A stretch of 64,000 nucleotides of DNA from Acidobacteriota bacterium (lineage in GTDB: Bacteria > Acidobacteriota > UBA6911). A program made the position numbers and the translations under genes. Shown one piece after another: positions 49,989 to 59,594 of the stretch (position 1 is the stretch's first letter; each line of letters starts with the position of its first letter). A model generated the notes under the pieces. It saw only the letters and a list, made by a program, of their open reading frames with translations. It searched no databases and was not told the origin of the DNA. The stretch covers positions 5,760,001 to 5,824,000 of the forward strand of contig OY761556.1 in NCBI GenBank assembly GCA_963664705.1, given 5' to 3'.

Positions 49989-51545
49989 ATGCGCAATAAT
50001 GAAAATGAAGGGACTCGCGTCGACAGACGAAGCTTTTTAAAACAAACCACAATTGCGGGAATGGCGGCAGCGCTTCCAAACGCGCTACCGGCATCGAACC
50101 TGCTTGCCCAGACGGCTGCAAGTGCGGTTAAGATAAGCGCGAAACCGAGCGGCGGGACAAGGAAAATGCTTTTCCTCAATAATGTCCCACAGCAGTTCGG
50201 GAAATTGATCGAATCCGTACAGGCAATACCCAACCTGGATCTCATTCCCGTCACTGCATCAAAATTTAAAACCACTCAGGAAATCGTCAGCGCCATTCAA
50301 AGCCAGAGTCCGGATATCGTCCTGATGCGCATTCCGCGAATTGGGATGGCGCCTTCCGTGATGGCTGATGCGCTGGAAGGCCTGGAAATGCCCGTCGTTG
50401 TGCTGCCGGAAAATCTCGGTTTGATCATGGGTGAAGCGGACATGGTGGCGCAAATGCGAACAAAGGGCGTCAATGCCATGCTTGCGACGGACGAAGCAAA
50501 GGCGATAGAACTCTCAAGGATTCTGGCTGCGCCCGGCGTTCTCGCAGGTAAAAAGGCAATTATTTACGGCCGGCCTTTCGACTCAACCAGCGTAACCGCG
50601 CATAATCTCAATTCAGACATCATCTATAAGCGCACCGGCATCAGGATTGAATATCGGCCGATTGAAGATCTGAAAACGCAATTGGAAGGCGTATCTGTTG
50701 CAAGCGCGCAAAAGGAACTCGAGCGTTGGAAGAAGGAAGCCTATCGAGTTGATGACGTCACCGATAAAGCGCTCCTCGACACCTGCCGCGTCTATGTTCT
50801 GCTGCGTTCCATTATCGAAAAGGAAGCGTTGTCGGGCATCTCTATTGATTGCCTGAACTTCTCCTTTAACGCTCGATGGAAGGACGGGGCTCTCAGCGAT
50901 AACCGCATGATTCCGCTTCCCTGTCTAGCATTCACCCGGTTGCGCGATGAAGGCTATGCCGCACCGTGCGAAGCCGACGTGGTTGGGATGCTTTCGTCGA
51001 TGGTTTTGCAGGAAATTAGCCAAAAACCCTCCTACTTCTGCAACGTGTCTGAAATCAATTCGCAGAAGTCTCATGTTATTCTCCGCCACTGCGTCGCTCC
51101 CTTGAAACTGCTCGGCCGAGATAAGCCCGCCCTGAAATATAGAATCCGCGATTATCACGGAATGGGAGGCGCCACGCCGGAAGTGCAGTTCCCCGTCGGC
51201 CTTGAAATCACCATGGGCGGATTCACCAAAGATTTGAAAAACTTCGTGGTATGGCCGGGAAGGATTCAGCCGACAGTAATGGACACCAAAACTCCATCCT
51301 TCGCCAATGCCACTGGCGATGCGGCAAAAATGCTCAAATACTGCTCAAACAGAGCTGAAGTCAAAATCAAGGAAGTTGACCGCTTCATGCAGAACATTGC
51401 GGAAATCCACCACACAATGGTCGCCGGCAACTATGCGAGTGCGCTTCGAGATGAAATGATCCGGGCGAATGCAAACATCGTTGGACCAATGGATGCATCG
51501 GCCCCGGCGGTAAATGCCGCGGCTCCGGCCAAGAGCAAAACATAA
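49989..51545 (+). CDS. Tat-signal protein with an L-fucose/L-arabinose isomerase-like fold
   Basis: DRRSFLK signal; ISIDCL, PCLAFTRLRDEG..APCEADV, LRHC, DYHG, CSNRAEV...HHTMVAGNY. Confidence 0.7.
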   Translation: MRNNENEGTRVDRRSFLKQTTIAGMAAALPNALPASNLLAQTAASAVKISAKPSGGTRKMLFLNNVPQQFGKLIESVQAIPNLDLIPVTASKFKTTQEIVSAIQSQSPDIVLMRIPRIGMAPSVMADALEGLEMPVVVLPENLGLIMGEADMVAQMRTKGVNAMLATDEAKAIELSRILAAPGVLAGKKAIIYGRPFDSTSVTAHNLNSDIIYKRTGIRIEYRPIEDLKTQLEGVSVASAQKELERWKKEAYRVDDVTDKALLDTCRVYVLLRSIIEKEALSGISIDCLNFSFNARWKDGALSDNRMIPLPCLAFTRLRDEGYAAPCEADVVGMLSSMVLQEISQKPSYFCNVSEINSQKSHVILRHCVAPLKLLGRDKPALKYRIRDYHGMGGATPEVQFPVGLEITMGGFTKDLKNFVVWPGRIQPTVMDTKTPSFANATGDAAKMLKYCSNRAEVKIKEVDRFMQNIAEIHHTMVAGNYASALRDEMIRANANIVGPMDASAPAVNAAAPAKSKT

Positions 51546-51554
51546 CAGTTAACC

Positions 51555-51604
51555 CATGCGAAGCCGCGAAGCCATTAAGACAAAATACTTCGCGGCTTCG
51601 CATG
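51555..51604. repeat. Perfect 17-bp inverted repeat (REP-like or terminator)
   Basis: CATGCGAAGCCGCGAAG-N16-CTTCGCGGCTTCGCATG. Confidence 0.7.
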
Positions 51605-51808
51605 CTTGCATGAATTGATTGTCAAATCTCTCCTAAGCGCGCCACCCTGAAAGGGGATCTGCCGGACTCATTGCCATTCCAGGGACTCCTCCGATTTCCT
51701 TGACATGCTTTTGGATGGAGTACTATATCTATCTCCCGCCAAACCCGACTGCACGTGGTTTGACTCCAACGATCTAATTCACAAAGCTGGCAACAGGGAG
51801 ATGCATCC

Positions 51809-53101
51809 ATGACACTTCATAATAGAACAAAGACCACAATAGCCATCGTGGCATTGTGTTTGGCTGTTGGCCTTATCCTGGCTCAATTTGTGATTGCCCA
51901 GGCCCCGGCGCCGCAAAGCGGCCGTGGAGCCATGCCCGGTCAACAAAGAGGCGGCGGCATGTTCGGCGCCGATCCTCGCGTCAAAACGCTGACCTATCAC
52001 TTCGCGGAAGCGGATGAGGACATGCAATATTGCCTGTTTGTTTCCTCGAAGGTCAGCAAAGATAAAAAAAGCCCACTCATCGTTACTCTGCACGGGATGG
52101 GGGCCGGTCCGACCATTATGGTTACGAAAGCGGCGGTGGATCTGGCTGAGGAGGGCGGCTATATTCTGGTCAGCCCGATGGGATACAACACGAACGGCTG
52201 GTATGGAAGCATGCCCGGCGGCATGAGCGGTATGAGGGGAGCTCCCGGCGGTCGAGGGGGCGATGGGCGCGGTGGTGCTCCCGCGCCGGGCGGCGGCTTC
52301 AATGCCGAATTGACCGCCAAAAGAGAGAAAACTGACAGACCGTCGACTGGGGCGGCGGGAAAGTGGCTCATAAAGGACAACAACAATGAAATGAAGTTGG
52401 ATCTCAAAGCCGAGGGCCCCAAATTAACGGGAACGTTCGAAAATTCCCAAACGCCTGGAGCCGTCGAACTTAAAGACGGGAAAATCGAAGGAGATAAAAT
52501 CTCCTTCAACTATGTGCGCCAGATAAATGGCCAGGATATGAAGGTGTCGTGGACCGGCACACTGTCCGGCGATGAAATGAAGCTCAAACGCGAAATTGCC
52601 GGCGGCATGAGAAGCGGCGATGGACGCAGCGGCCCCGGTATGATGGGTGGGATGCCGGGTGGAGGGAACTCTTCCGGCAAAGACACCAACGCGCTGAGCG
52701 AAAAAGATGTCATGAACGTTCTGGACATCGTGCTCAAGGAATACAAGATTGATGAAAAACGGATGTATCTGATGGGCCATTCGATGGGCGGCGCAGGCAC
52801 GCTGCACCTGGGAACCAAATATTCGGATAAGTGGGCCGCTCTGGCTGCCGCCGCACCTGCTGCGTTCACCAGTCCCGACGTTTTAAAATCGCTGGTCGGC
52901 AAAGGCGTTCCCGTGATGATCATGCGCGGCGATCAGGATACTCTTATTGGCGCGAGCGTAACGCAGCCGTGGGTTGACAAGTTGAAAGAACTCAAGATTT
53001 CTTACGAATATAAGGAAATACCGGGCGTGGAACATGGCGGCATCATTACCGCGTGCTTGCCGGCTTTTTACGAATTCTTCGCGAAACACTCAAAAAATTA
53101 G
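51809..53101 (+). CDS. Secreted alpha/beta hydrolase (esterase/PHB-depolymerase-like) with an inserted beta-barrel domain
   Basis: PLIVTLHG, IDEKRMYLMGHSMGG, GDQD, PGVEHG; Gly/Met-rich linkers flank an insert of about 90 aa. Confidence 0.85.
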   Translation: MTLHNRTKTTIAIVALCLAVGLILAQFVIAQAPAPQSGRGAMPGQQRGGGMFGADPRVKTLTYHFAEADEDMQYCLFVSSKVSKDKKSPLIVTLHGMGAGPTIMVTKAAVDLAEEGGYILVSPMGYNTNGWYGSMPGGMSGMRGAPGGRGGDGRGGAPAPGGGFNAELTAKREKTDRPSTGAAGKWLIKDNNNEMKLDLKAEGPKLTGTFENSQTPGAVELKDGKIEGDKISFNYVRQINGQDMKVSWTGTLSGDEMKLKREIAGGMRSGDGRSGPGMMGGMPGGGNSSGKDTNALSEKDVMNVLDIVLKEYKIDEKRMYLMGHSMGGAGTLHLGTKYSDKWAALAAAAPAAFTSPDVLKSLVGKGVPVMIMRGDQDTLIGASVTQPWVDKLKELKISYEYKEIPGVEHGGIITACLPAFYEFFAKHSKN

Positions 53102-53150
53102 CCTCGCCGGCCGATTGATGCAACGCTTCTGATCGGCTGAGCTTGATACG

Positions 53151-53225
53151 AAAACGGGGCCGCATTTCCGCTCTCCACTTTTGTTTCAGGTGCACCAGTG
53201 GAGAGTGGCGATTCGGCCCCGTTTT
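53151..53225. terminator. Long GC-rich hairpin followed by a T-tract
   Basis: AAAACGGGGCCG..CTCTCCACT...AGTGGAGAG..CGGCCCCGTTTT. Confidence 0.6.
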
Positions 53226-53418
53226 TCAAGCAAATTGCTCGAAGTTTCCTCACTGATCTGCACTAAAATATCTTCGAAAATTGAAAAGAATGCGTGAAGT
53301 TGAGATGGCATCCTGGGAAAGGACCTTGGTGCTATCTGCACAGCTGGCGGCCATGCCGAAGGCGCTGATTAATGTCGCATGGAACCCGCATACGTGACAT
53401 AAAGATTGGAAATCTAAA

Positions 53419-55326
53419 ATGAAAGCTAGCATTACACCTCTATTTTTCGGTCTCTTTCTACTTTTTGGTGTCAGCGCATCTGCGTTGAACTATCAACAGC
53501 ATTTCAGCAATGAAGCAAGTTTTGAGACCCTTGAGGAGGCTCGCCTCAATGGCCCTGCCTTGCTTACAAAATTGACCGGCCGCATTTATGTGCCTGATCC
53601 CGCCCTTGATACCTATCCAGCCGGCACCACGTTTGTATACCGCTCCGCCAGGATGTTTACCAACTCGAGTGCCGCCACACGTATGAATACAAACATCCTT
53701 GTCTATACGGACAAGTCCTTCGGAAGCAAGGATGAAGCGCTTGCCTTCCTAAAGGGTCTTGGCTTGAGCAGCATCATCGGGAAGGCTTTTGGCAGCGTGA
53801 TACTGATTACTCCTATCGATAAGGAAAAGGGATTCGGTATTGCAGACCAAACTGCCTATTACCAGCTACAGTCCGCCATGTTCAATGTCGGTTACTCCAA
53901 GAGAACCAAGAATGCAATGACCTATTATTCCGATAATGCCTATTACGGTGGCGTTACGTATCGCTACCTGATCGGCCTGGGCGGCGGGGCCACCTTCATC
54001 AATAACTACATATCCAGCACCTTCGACTATATCACCCGTGTTGCCGGAGTCCTTCTTGTTGGCGGAGATATGGAGCGTGTCCGTAAAGTAGCCTCTTTTG
54101 TGCCTTCGTATCTTGTCAACGCGCCCGATGCCGTCATTGGGAAATACCGAGCCGCGAATGCAACGGATGCCTGGGGCACGCAGGGCAGCCTGAAGTACTA
54201 CTTCAATCAGGCGCAGCCGCTTCAGAAGGTGATCGTAGCTTCCGGGAACAATCCGGACATCGCGTCCATCGTCCACGACGCCTACGATCGGCTGTTTACT
54301 AAGGCACTTCGCGTTCCTGTTATCAAATCCAATCTCCATACGGCGTCTACCCCATATGCAGACTATAACTTTAACGCAGCGCCCTACTCCCTGGGTGAGC
54401 GCAATGCCATCACAGATGGGGTGACGGTGGACAAGGTCTATGTGGTCGAGCATCAGGAGGACCGCTTCAAGAGTATAGTTTCGGAAACCGGCGAATACCT
54501 GGATACGTGGTATGAACTGCTCCCGGAGGAAGTAAAGAACAACACGGCGCCAAAACATTCAGTGCCGCTTGTCCTGGCAAATCATGGCGGCGGTGACGAT
54601 CCTCTGCAGTATTTGGACGAGATTGGCATGCTTAATCTTGCCGGCAAAAAACGGATTGCCGTTGTAGCCCCCTTCCATTCGAATGTGACAAACCTCCTGA
54701 GTGATGCCTTGCCAAAACTGGTCCGGTATATGCTGGACACGTTTCCTGCGCTGGACCCCTCGCGTGTGTATTGTACCGGTTACTCCATGGGTGGCAGGGC
54801 CACCATGGCGGCGCTCAGCGGGAACGCCAGCCTCTTTGCTGCTGCGGTGCCCCAGGGCGCTGTAACCTATCTTGCAACGGAGGACCAGGCAAAACAGTAT
54901 GCTCACACGGATATTCCGATTCTCTTCACAACCTCCACCTACGATTTCCATATGGACGAGGCCACCCTCGCACTACGCTTAAACTACTATTTCGGCATGA
55001 AGACGATCACTTTCGACTATACGACGTTGATCAACCAGTACCTTGGCTACAACGGGATGGATCCGGTTCAGTTTAACTTCGCTGCATATCCCATGAGCGG
55101 ATTCAAGGGTGATGCGTATGAGAGGGTGATGCTGAACAACGAGTATGCAAGCCATACCTGGACAATAAACAATAGCGCTGGAGTTCCCATGGTGGGGTTG
55201 AACGTCACTGAATTTCTGCCACACGGCCTCTATCAGGAATACGCAGGCATCTTCTGGAACTTTGCGAAGCACTACTCCAGAAACCCTAAAACCGGTGAAA
55301 TTGTATACAACCCATTTGTTGATTAA
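53419..55326 (+). CDS. Secreted two-module esterase (PHB depolymerase-like), paralog 1
   Basis: Signal peptide; PLVLANHGGG, LDPSRVYCTGYSMGG, LPHG, WNFAKHYSR. Confidence 0.8.
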   Translation: MKASITPLFFGLFLLFGVSASALNYQQHFSNEASFETLEEARLNGPALLTKLTGRIYVPDPALDTYPAGTTFVYRSARMFTNSSAATRMNTNILVYTDKSFGSKDEALAFLKGLGLSSIIGKAFGSVILITPIDKEKGFGIADQTAYYQLQSAMFNVGYSKRTKNAMTYYSDNAYYGGVTYRYLIGLGGGATFINNYISSTFDYITRVAGVLLVGGDMERVRKVASFVPSYLVNAPDAVIGKYRAANATDAWGTQGSLKYYFNQAQPLQKVIVASGNNPDIASIVHDAYDRLFTKALRVPVIKSNLHTASTPYADYNFNAAPYSLGERNAITDGVTVDKVYVVEHQEDRFKSIVSETGEYLDTWYELLPEEVKNNTAPKHSVPLVLANHGGGDDPLQYLDEIGMLNLAGKKRIAVVAPFHSNVTNLLSDALPKLVRYMLDTFPALDPSRVYCTGYSMGGRATMAALSGNASLFAAAVPQGAVTYLATEDQAKQYAHTDIPILFTTSTYDFHMDEATLALRLNYYFGMKTITFDYTTLINQYLGYNGMDPVQFNFAAYPMSGFKGDAYERVMLNNEYASHTWTINNSAGVPMVGLNVTEFLPHGLYQEYAGIFWNFAKHYSRNPKTGEIVYNPFVD

Positions 55327-55339
55327 AGAGAGAGTTATT

Positions 55340-57328
55340 GTGAGAAAATCTGTTACTGGATTCACCGCATTATTCACCATAATTTTCCTGACGATGGGTA
55401 TGTTCAGCCTAATGCGGGCTGAGGCAACATACTCCTACATGAACTACTTCAACCGGCAAAAAAACTCGGCGACGTTCGAGCTTCTTGAAGAGGCACGCCA
55501 GAGTGGGCCTAAAGCCGTTGCATCCTTGTATGGAAACGGGGAAAAGCAATTTAAACCTCATCCCGCTTTGGAAACGTTTCCTTCGAAAAGCGTATTTGTA
55601 TATCGTTCAGCAAATCTCTACGGAGGGCAAACGGCCGCTCGAAATAATACGGCAGTGGTGGTTTTTGCTGAACGCTCTTTCAGGGGAAAAGACGAGGCGC
55701 TTGGCTTCCTGACAAAGCTGGGATTGATCAAGCAAATCGATTCAGTGACAGGAAGCGTCATTCTCATTACGCCGGCTGATCCCAGCGGCGGCTTTACCAA
55801 GACAGATCTAAAGAACTATTACACGCTGCACAACGTTCTGTTTACGCAGAAAGCTTCTGAACGAACAAATAAAGGAATACTTTACTATTCTGACGCAGAA
55901 TATTGCGGCGCCAGCGGCAAAGTGTATTTTATTGGAATCGAAGGCGGGGCAACTTTCATCAACAATTATATCGCGCCGGGCCGACATGACTGCATCGGTC
56001 TGTGTGCCGGCCTGATGCTGATTGGCGGTGAAATGGAAGCGTCAGCGAAGGTCAGCAAATATGTACCCGCTTATGTTCTCAATGGCTCTCAGGGTGCCGT
56101 TGAGCAGTACCGCAAGGTCAACGGGACAGATGCGTATCGTGTTGAGAATGGTATTGAAGTGTTCTACAACCGACTCGTTCCGCTGCGGCGGGTGATGGTT
56201 GCCAGAGATAAACAGCCGGAACTCTCTTCCTATATTGCAGATGCTTTCCACCGACTTTTCCTTGAGGCCCAGCGTGTATCTGTTATCCGCTCAGTGACGC
56301 AGGAAACGGTGAACACTCCCCCCTATCTGAACTACGTCCCGGCGCCCGAAATCAGCCGGTATGCGTTGTGCAACCGCAATGCAATCGTCAATGGCGTCAC
56401 AGCAAAGGGCGGGCTTCACGTCTCCTTCCATCAGGAAGAGATTTTCAACGACTTGAAGACCAAATACGATCAGTATCTGCAATCCTGGTATGACTTTCTT
56501 CCACCGGACGTTTTGGATGGGACCGCGGCTAAAGGAAGCGTTCCCGTCATTCTGGCGCTGCATGGAACTGGGGATGATCCCCTGATGTTCGTTGATGAAA
56601 TCGGCCTTTTGGAGGTTGCCGGACGGGAAAGAGTGGCTGTGATCGCACCTTTCGAAGAAGAACTGGTCATCGTACATGAGGGTTCACGCGTCGTAATGGG
56701 AGTACCGGTCTCCGAGGGGATTCTGGTTAAGGCATTGCCACGACTGATAGACCGCATGCTTAAGAAATATCCGGCGCTGGATGCTTCCCGCGTGTATGCA
56801 ACAGGATATTCTCTTGGAGGTGGCTCCACCCTCCGGGCTGTTTATGGCGGCATGGGAAAAATTGCTGCGGCTGTTCCCATGGCCGGTATGCACGATGACC
56901 TGGTCTATTCCAGTACGCCGGAAGAAGATGGCCGACTGCGGGAAATTGGAATGCCTGTCATGATTCTGACCTCTACCTTCGATCTGGGCTTCAACCAGGA
57001 GGAAGGCCGGTTGACAGACAATACGCTCAAGCAGTTGCGTGACTTTGCCAGGGTGAACCGGATCCAACTGGCTGATGTTCGCGACTTTTCAGCCAATCCT
57101 ATGATCGGCTATTCGGTTGACCGGATGGATGTGACAACTTTAGCAGGAGAATGGCGCAACTTTTTGTGGTCCTTTAAAAATGATAAAGGGATACCGGTTC
57201 TGAGCGTGTCATGCACGGAGAATTTGACGCATGCGCTATATCCCAATTATGGCGAGATCGCCTGGGACTTCATGCGGCATTTTGCCCGTGAATCCAGGAC
57301 CGGTAAATTGCTGTATACATCGCGCTGA
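55340..57328 (+). CDS. Secreted two-module esterase, paralog 2
   Basis: GTG start; PVILALHGTG, LDASRVYATGYSLGG, LTHA, WDFMRHFAR; collinear with paralog 1. Confidence 0.8.
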   Translation: MRKSVTGFTALFTIIFLTMGMFSLMRAEATYSYMNYFNRQKNSATFELLEEARQSGPKAVASLYGNGEKQFKPHPALETFPSKSVFVYRSANLYGGQTAARNNTAVVVFAERSFRGKDEALGFLTKLGLIKQIDSVTGSVILITPADPSGGFTKTDLKNYYTLHNVLFTQKASERTNKGILYYSDAEYCGASGKVYFIGIEGGATFINNYIAPGRHDCIGLCAGLMLIGGEMEASAKVSKYVPAYVLNGSQGAVEQYRKVNGTDAYRVENGIEVFYNRLVPLRRVMVARDKQPELSSYIADAFHRLFLEAQRVSVIRSVTQETVNTPPYLNYVPAPEISRYALCNRNAIVNGVTAKGGLHVSFHQEEIFNDLKTKYDQYLQSWYDFLPPDVLDGTAAKGSVPVILALHGTGDDPLMFVDEIGLLEVAGRERVAVIAPFEEELVIVHEGSRVVMGVPVSEGILVKALPRLIDRMLKKYPALDASRVYATGYSLGGGSTLRAVYGGMGKIAAAVPMAGMHDDLVYSSTPEEDGRLREIGMPVMILTSTFDLGFNQEEGRLTDNTLKQLRDFARVNRIQLADVRDFSANPMIGYSVDRMDVTTLAGEWRNFLWSFKNDKGIPVLSVSCTENLTHALYPNYGEIAWDFMRHFARESRTGKLLYTSR

Positions 57329-57579
57329 CCAGAAGGCTTTGTGTGTATAAAGAGGATCAGGCCGAAGATAGAATTAGATTAGAGCCGTAATCTCCTGTCG
57401 CTTCATCACGCGCATATTCAGTTCAGACAGCCCGCCATACGCTGAACTACGCAGTCTGTTCACTCGATGGGACTGCGGTTGGAAAAATTGTTCGCCAACA
57501 GTTTGACAAAACCCATTTCAAAACTTATCAAAAAGACCGAAAAACTGATTGAAACGATACTCTGAAGGGAGGGTCAATC

Positions 57580-58050
57580 ATGAGCCTTATGTCATTCGAC
57601 ATTTTGGAGGAAATGGGGAGAATGCGAAGGGAAATCGACCGGATCCTGGGTGAAGGAGGGCCTTCCTCGTGGACCTTTCCATTCTCAAGAATCTCATTTC
57701 TTCCGGGCAGATCTTCACAAATTTATCCTCTGATAAACATAAGCGAAGACAACAACAACTTTTATGTGGATGCGCTGGCGCCGGGTCTCGATCCGGACAC
57801 CTTGAATGTCTCGGTAACCGGTGATCAGCTTGTCGTTTCGGGAGAGAAAAGGCCTCTGCCCAAGAATGTCAAATCCGAGTACATCCATCGAAGTGAACGG
57901 GCGGCAGGGCAATTTACCCGAAGCCTATCCCTTTCTGCCGGCGTAGAAAGCGACCATGTGCAGGCTAATTACACCAACGGAGTGCTGAAGATAGTCCTGC
58001 CCAAGGTTGAAGCGGCCAAACCCAAGCAAATTTCCGTAAAAGTGAGCTGA
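57580..58050 (+). CDS. Hsp20/alpha-crystallin small heat-shock protein
   Basis: YPLINI, PGLDP, HRSERAAGQFTRS, ANYTNGVLKIVLPK, KPKQISV. Confidence 0.93.
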   Translation: MSLMSFDILEEMGRMRREIDRILGEGGPSSWTFPFSRISFLPGRSSQIYPLINISEDNNNFYVDALAPGLDPDTLNVSVTGDQLVVSGEKRPLPKNVKSEYIHRSERAAGQFTRSLSLSAGVESDHVQANYTNGVLKIVLPKVEAAKPKQISVKVS

Positions 58051-58083
58051 AATCAAAAGCCATTGAAAGGAGGTAAAAAGACC

Positions 58084-58497
58084 ATGGCCGAACAAACCGC
58101 TGCTCTCACCACTGAAAAGCCGGGAAGCCCCGACAAAGCGGGAGCAAAATCTCTGGGAACCAGGGATGACGCTATCTACATTGCTCCGCCGGTGGATATA
58201 TTCGAAAACGGAGAATCTCTGATTGTTGTCGCGGATCTGCCGGGTGTGGACAAGGATGGAGTCGAGATCAGTGTCGAGGACGATATCTTAACCATCAAGG
58301 GTAAAGCAAAGTACGCTCAAACGCCGACGGTTCTTCGTCAGGAATTCACTCTGAAAAACTATTATCGGCAGTTCCAGCTCAGCGATGAAGTGGATCAAAG
58401 CAAAATTACAGCGGAGTCCAAGAACGGAGTTTTGACTGTCATGCTGCCCAAAGCGGAGAAATCAAAACCTAAGCAGATCAAGGTGAATGTAGGTTAA
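58084..58497 (+). CDS. Hsp20 small heat-shock protein
   Basis: PPVDIFE, ADLPGVDK, YYRQFQLSDEVDQSKI..KNGVLTVMLPK. Confidence 0.93.
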   Translation: MAEQTAALTTEKPGSPDKAGAKSLGTRDDAIYIAPPVDIFENGESLIVVADLPGVDKDGVEISVEDDILTIKGKAKYAQTPTVLRQEFTLKNYYRQFQLSDEVDQSKITAESKNGVLTVMLPKAEKSKPKQIKVNVG

Positions 58498-58704
58498 ATT
58501 GCCAAATTCCGATAGGGGACGGTGTAATTCTGGGTTCTCGGTCGGAATCCCGAAAGCGGATTCGTAAAGATCTAATGCGCAACGAAGATTACATTTCCCG
58601 GATTGCTCCGTCCTCTCTTCGGAAAACCATTTTCCTGCTGGTACCGGTCCGAACCGGATAATGGCCCTTTGCGGAGGAAAAGACATAAAAGAGAGGGTAC
58701 GGCA

Positions 58705-59439
58705 ATGGCGAAAAACTACTACGCAATTCTGGGCGTTTCGCCGACTGCAACTTTTGACGAGATAAGATCTGCCTATCGGCAACGGGCGAAACAATACCAC
58801 CCTGACTACTTTGGCAAAAACAGCACACCATTCCTGGGTGTCCAGGAAGCCTATGATGTATTGGGTGATCCGTCAAACCGAAGTTCGTATGATCGAGGCT
58901 TACGTGAATCCCGCATCAAAATAAGGTCAGGCGGGCATGCCGAGCCGGTTATTATTCGATCACGCACTGCCACGGTTGAACCACTCATACCATTCCGCAG
59001 GCCAATAGACCTGGGGCGCATATTCCCACAAACATCTTTCCGGAGCTATAGCCCCTCTTTCGACGAGATCTTTGAGGATGTGTGGGATTTCCTCGGTCAG
59101 CCTCCTGAAAAAAAGTCGGAACAATTCAGATCGCTTACTATGGAGATCCGCTTGACGCGCGACCAGGCGAATCGCGGCGGGCGCTTTCAGATCCGCATGC
59201 CCCTCCAGCATCCCTGTGCAATATGCGATGGTTCCGGCGAGGTTGGGCCTTTCCACTGCTGGAACTGCAGCGGCAGCGGATCCGCATTGAACGAATTTGT
59301 CCTTGAGGCTGAGTATCCGCCGGGCATTCAGGACTTATATCGCATAGCTGTTCCTTTGCATCGATACGGCATCCTCGATCTATGTCCAGTTCTTGTATTC
59401 CGCATCAGCGGCGAAGGGGATTTTGAGGATCTTTTCTAA
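58705..59439 (+). CDS. DnaJ-domain protein with one Zn finger
   Basis: NYYAILGV...YHPD; CAICDGSG and CWNCSGSG. Confidence 0.88.
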   Translation: MAKNYYAILGVSPTATFDEIRSAYRQRAKQYHPDYFGKNSTPFLGVQEAYDVLGDPSNRSSYDRGLRESRIKIRSGGHAEPVIIRSRTATVEPLIPFRRPIDLGRIFPQTSFRSYSPSFDEIFEDVWDFLGQPPEKKSEQFRSLTMEIRLTRDQANRGGRFQIRMPLQHPCAICDGSGEVGPFHCWNCSGSGSALNEFVLEAEYPPGIQDLYRIAVPLHRYGILDLCPVLVFRISGEGDFEDLF

Positions 59440-59594
59440 AAATCGAGATAGTGGATTCTGATGGATTGGACTGCAGAGCAGCCGCATGCCAAGGCAATGG
59501 AAGAGGCAGTAAATAAGTCGACAAAAGAAGGGAAGCCTTAATCAGGAAATAATCCATGGCAGTTGTTAAAAATCGGCTGCAAAGGAGAGGCTAT

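Noticed and set aside
57480-57580. CIRCE operator upstream of the Hsp20 genes
   Set aside because: No TTAGCACTC-N9-GAGTGCTAA; only a TTGACA -35-like hexamer
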